DNA from: Phoronis australis
Taxonomy: Eukaryota; Animalia; Phoronida
NCBI GenBank assembly: GCA_002633005.1
Contig: NMRA01000790.1
Span: 36,835-100,834, forward strand
DNA: 64,000 nt
Reading direction: 5' to 3'
Part shown: piece after piece, positions 62,051 through 64,000 of the stretch
Numbering within the stretch: the stretch's first letter is position 1
How the letters are laid out: each line of letters starts with the position of its first letter
Position numbers and translations under genes: made by a program
The notes under the pieces: model-generated
What the model saw: only the letters and a program-made list of their open reading frames with translations
Told to the model about the DNA's origin: nothing
Database searches by the model: none

Positions 62051-64000
62051 ATGTATCTAAAAATTGGCTACCCCGCGTATTCTGGCCGGCGTTCCGTACT
62101 ATTGAAAGCATTAACAGCTTCCGGGCCAAAGACTCGTGTATAGGCAATACTTGAAACACAAGGCGGTAAACACGCTCAGCTGAGAACCGAATTGAAGGGC
62201 CTGTGCTCATCTGCAGAATTAGTCATTAGTGGCTTGATCCTTATTACTGCGGGAAGCCCTATTCATATATACTGAGCAACTGGTGAGCACCAATTTTATT
62301 GGAATACGCCGTGACACTTTAAGAATACAAATCTTATAGAGTCTAATTGAAAAGTAAAACAAATGATTTTCAAAGACAGCACAAAGACCCATCGCCGGGT
62401 CTATTTTTCTGAGGTCGAATGGGTTGAATTATATCCTCACGCGTCCCTTAATTAATAGTAAGATTAGATGATACAACTACTCCTGAGCGAACCCTTGTGG
62501 AGTGATTATGGTAGGCATAACATACACTCCACTCGGCTGATTCCAAGACCCAGTCAGTGCTTGATCAGAAGTGCATGCTAACGTACACAGGCACCCGGCC
62601 GGCGGCGCGTTGTCGGAGTGCCGATGATCAGGCCCGCCGTCAGAGACATCAAGATCAAACGGCGGGTATAATTCACATTCTGGGAGTGTTTGTAGTTTTG
62701 TTTTATACTACATGTAGGTACACAACAAAAAACATGAAATCCGACATGGCGACGGGTTACTATAATACACGTGCGCACCCAGCCTAAAATATAGGAGGGC
62801 TCGAATTCTTCGATATGCGGAACTGTTACTGAAAAATATCATCGAGGACAAAAAATATCGTGGCGACTATTGGTTCAGGCCTGGCAATCCTGCATCCCGC
62901 GCCGAATTCCTGTGGACTTTGTGGACTTTTGTCTCGTTTACTCGGACTTTTTGTTTCACTGAGGCGGTGGACCTTTTTGCCCTCTTCGCTAAATTGGGGG
63001 CTTGTTCGAGCGCCCATGTAATACTATTTCACCAGCCGCCGCCCCCGTGAAGGGCAGATCAAATGGAGTAGTAGTTACTATTTTCACCGCTTGGTGCGCA
63101 AGACATCCTCGCCAGGGGGCGAGCAGACCGTGTTCTCAGAAAATAGCGAGTCCACTAAAAACCAAGTCGTTGTTCCCCTGGCTCGTTGCTGTGGTGCTTC
63201 GCGCAAATGTGAAAGTGGCGTCTATTGCTTGATTCGAAGACGTGGAAGTGATGTCTCTGTGTGCTCAATAGGTACGTATACCAATAGTTTGCTGAACTCG
63301 GATAACCCGATACCGGAATCGAAAACCTCACACAGTCCACAGGCACAGGCTTCCGGGCGTAGCTTCTGATCGTCCCCCTCGGCAGTGCACATGTATAATA
63401 CTTAGTATTATCAGGAAGAGATAACCAGGAAGGGACAACTAGCTAAACGGTCGTTTTTTGGCCTCCTTCCCCGGACTAATTTCAGGACTTAAGTTTTGTT
63501 TGAAAGGAAACAGATGATTTTATCAGAGAGATTAAAGCTTTTTCTATAGAAGGATATCAAAAAACTCACTTTGCAAACTTAAACAGTGTTGTAATTGTAC
63601 TTTGAAAATATCGACTTCAGCGCACGCAATCGCAATTTCCCACACGCAGTCACGGGTATTTAAGCTTTTCCGTCTATGTATAGATGGCGCAGTAGTCAAG
63701 TACTCCCTCATTTGCATATCAAATTTGCATGTGGGAGTTTAGGCAATGACCATCGCCTCTGTTGGCCCGAACCAGAGGCGATGTAGAGGCTATAGGCGCT
63801 CTGTACGCCGGAAGCTTTTCGGCGAATTATGCCTCGCACCGACTAAACCATCAAAGCCACGTTGTTATAACTACCTTTTGCGCATAGACGAACACCTTAG
63901 GAGGTTGTCGATGTGTTTAAGTTCTTCGAACTCGAACAAATACTCCCGTTATGAAACTTTTTCTTCGAGCAGTCCCTATTTGAGTTCCCAAAATCGTGAA

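Overview
AT-rich, repeat-dense eukaryotic (metazoan, probably marine invertebrate; taxon not determinable here) genomic DNA, with an N gap at 25482-26388 and single-N joins at 28008, 31230 and 32978. Most ORFs in the supplied track are spurious. The main content is one long + strand spliced gene, 5'-incomplete, whose visible exons join in frame to about 506 aa. Its order is: phase-0 single-ankyrin-repeat exons (6109-6216, 23361-23474, 45000-45098, plus a degenerate/capping exon 46159-46260), a polyQ linker exon, then a FAM111-like trypsin-fold serine protease with an intact His/Asp/Ser triad (exons 48790-49032, 49368-49684, 53844-54173). The first two ankyrin exons lie in a roughly 17-kb-spaced segmental duplication. 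Their flanking introns are better conserved than the ligand-binding codons of the exons, which suggests a diversifying ankyrin-sensor/protease-effector gene (inference). Introns and the 3' flank hold many transposons: Sola3-like (plus a short copy), Kolobok-like (THAP + KolX remnants), Academ remnant, EnSpm-like, a Crypton-like hairpin element, Gypsy RT remnant, a non-LTR remnant and a solo LTR. All family assignments are from motif recognition by eye, not database searches.
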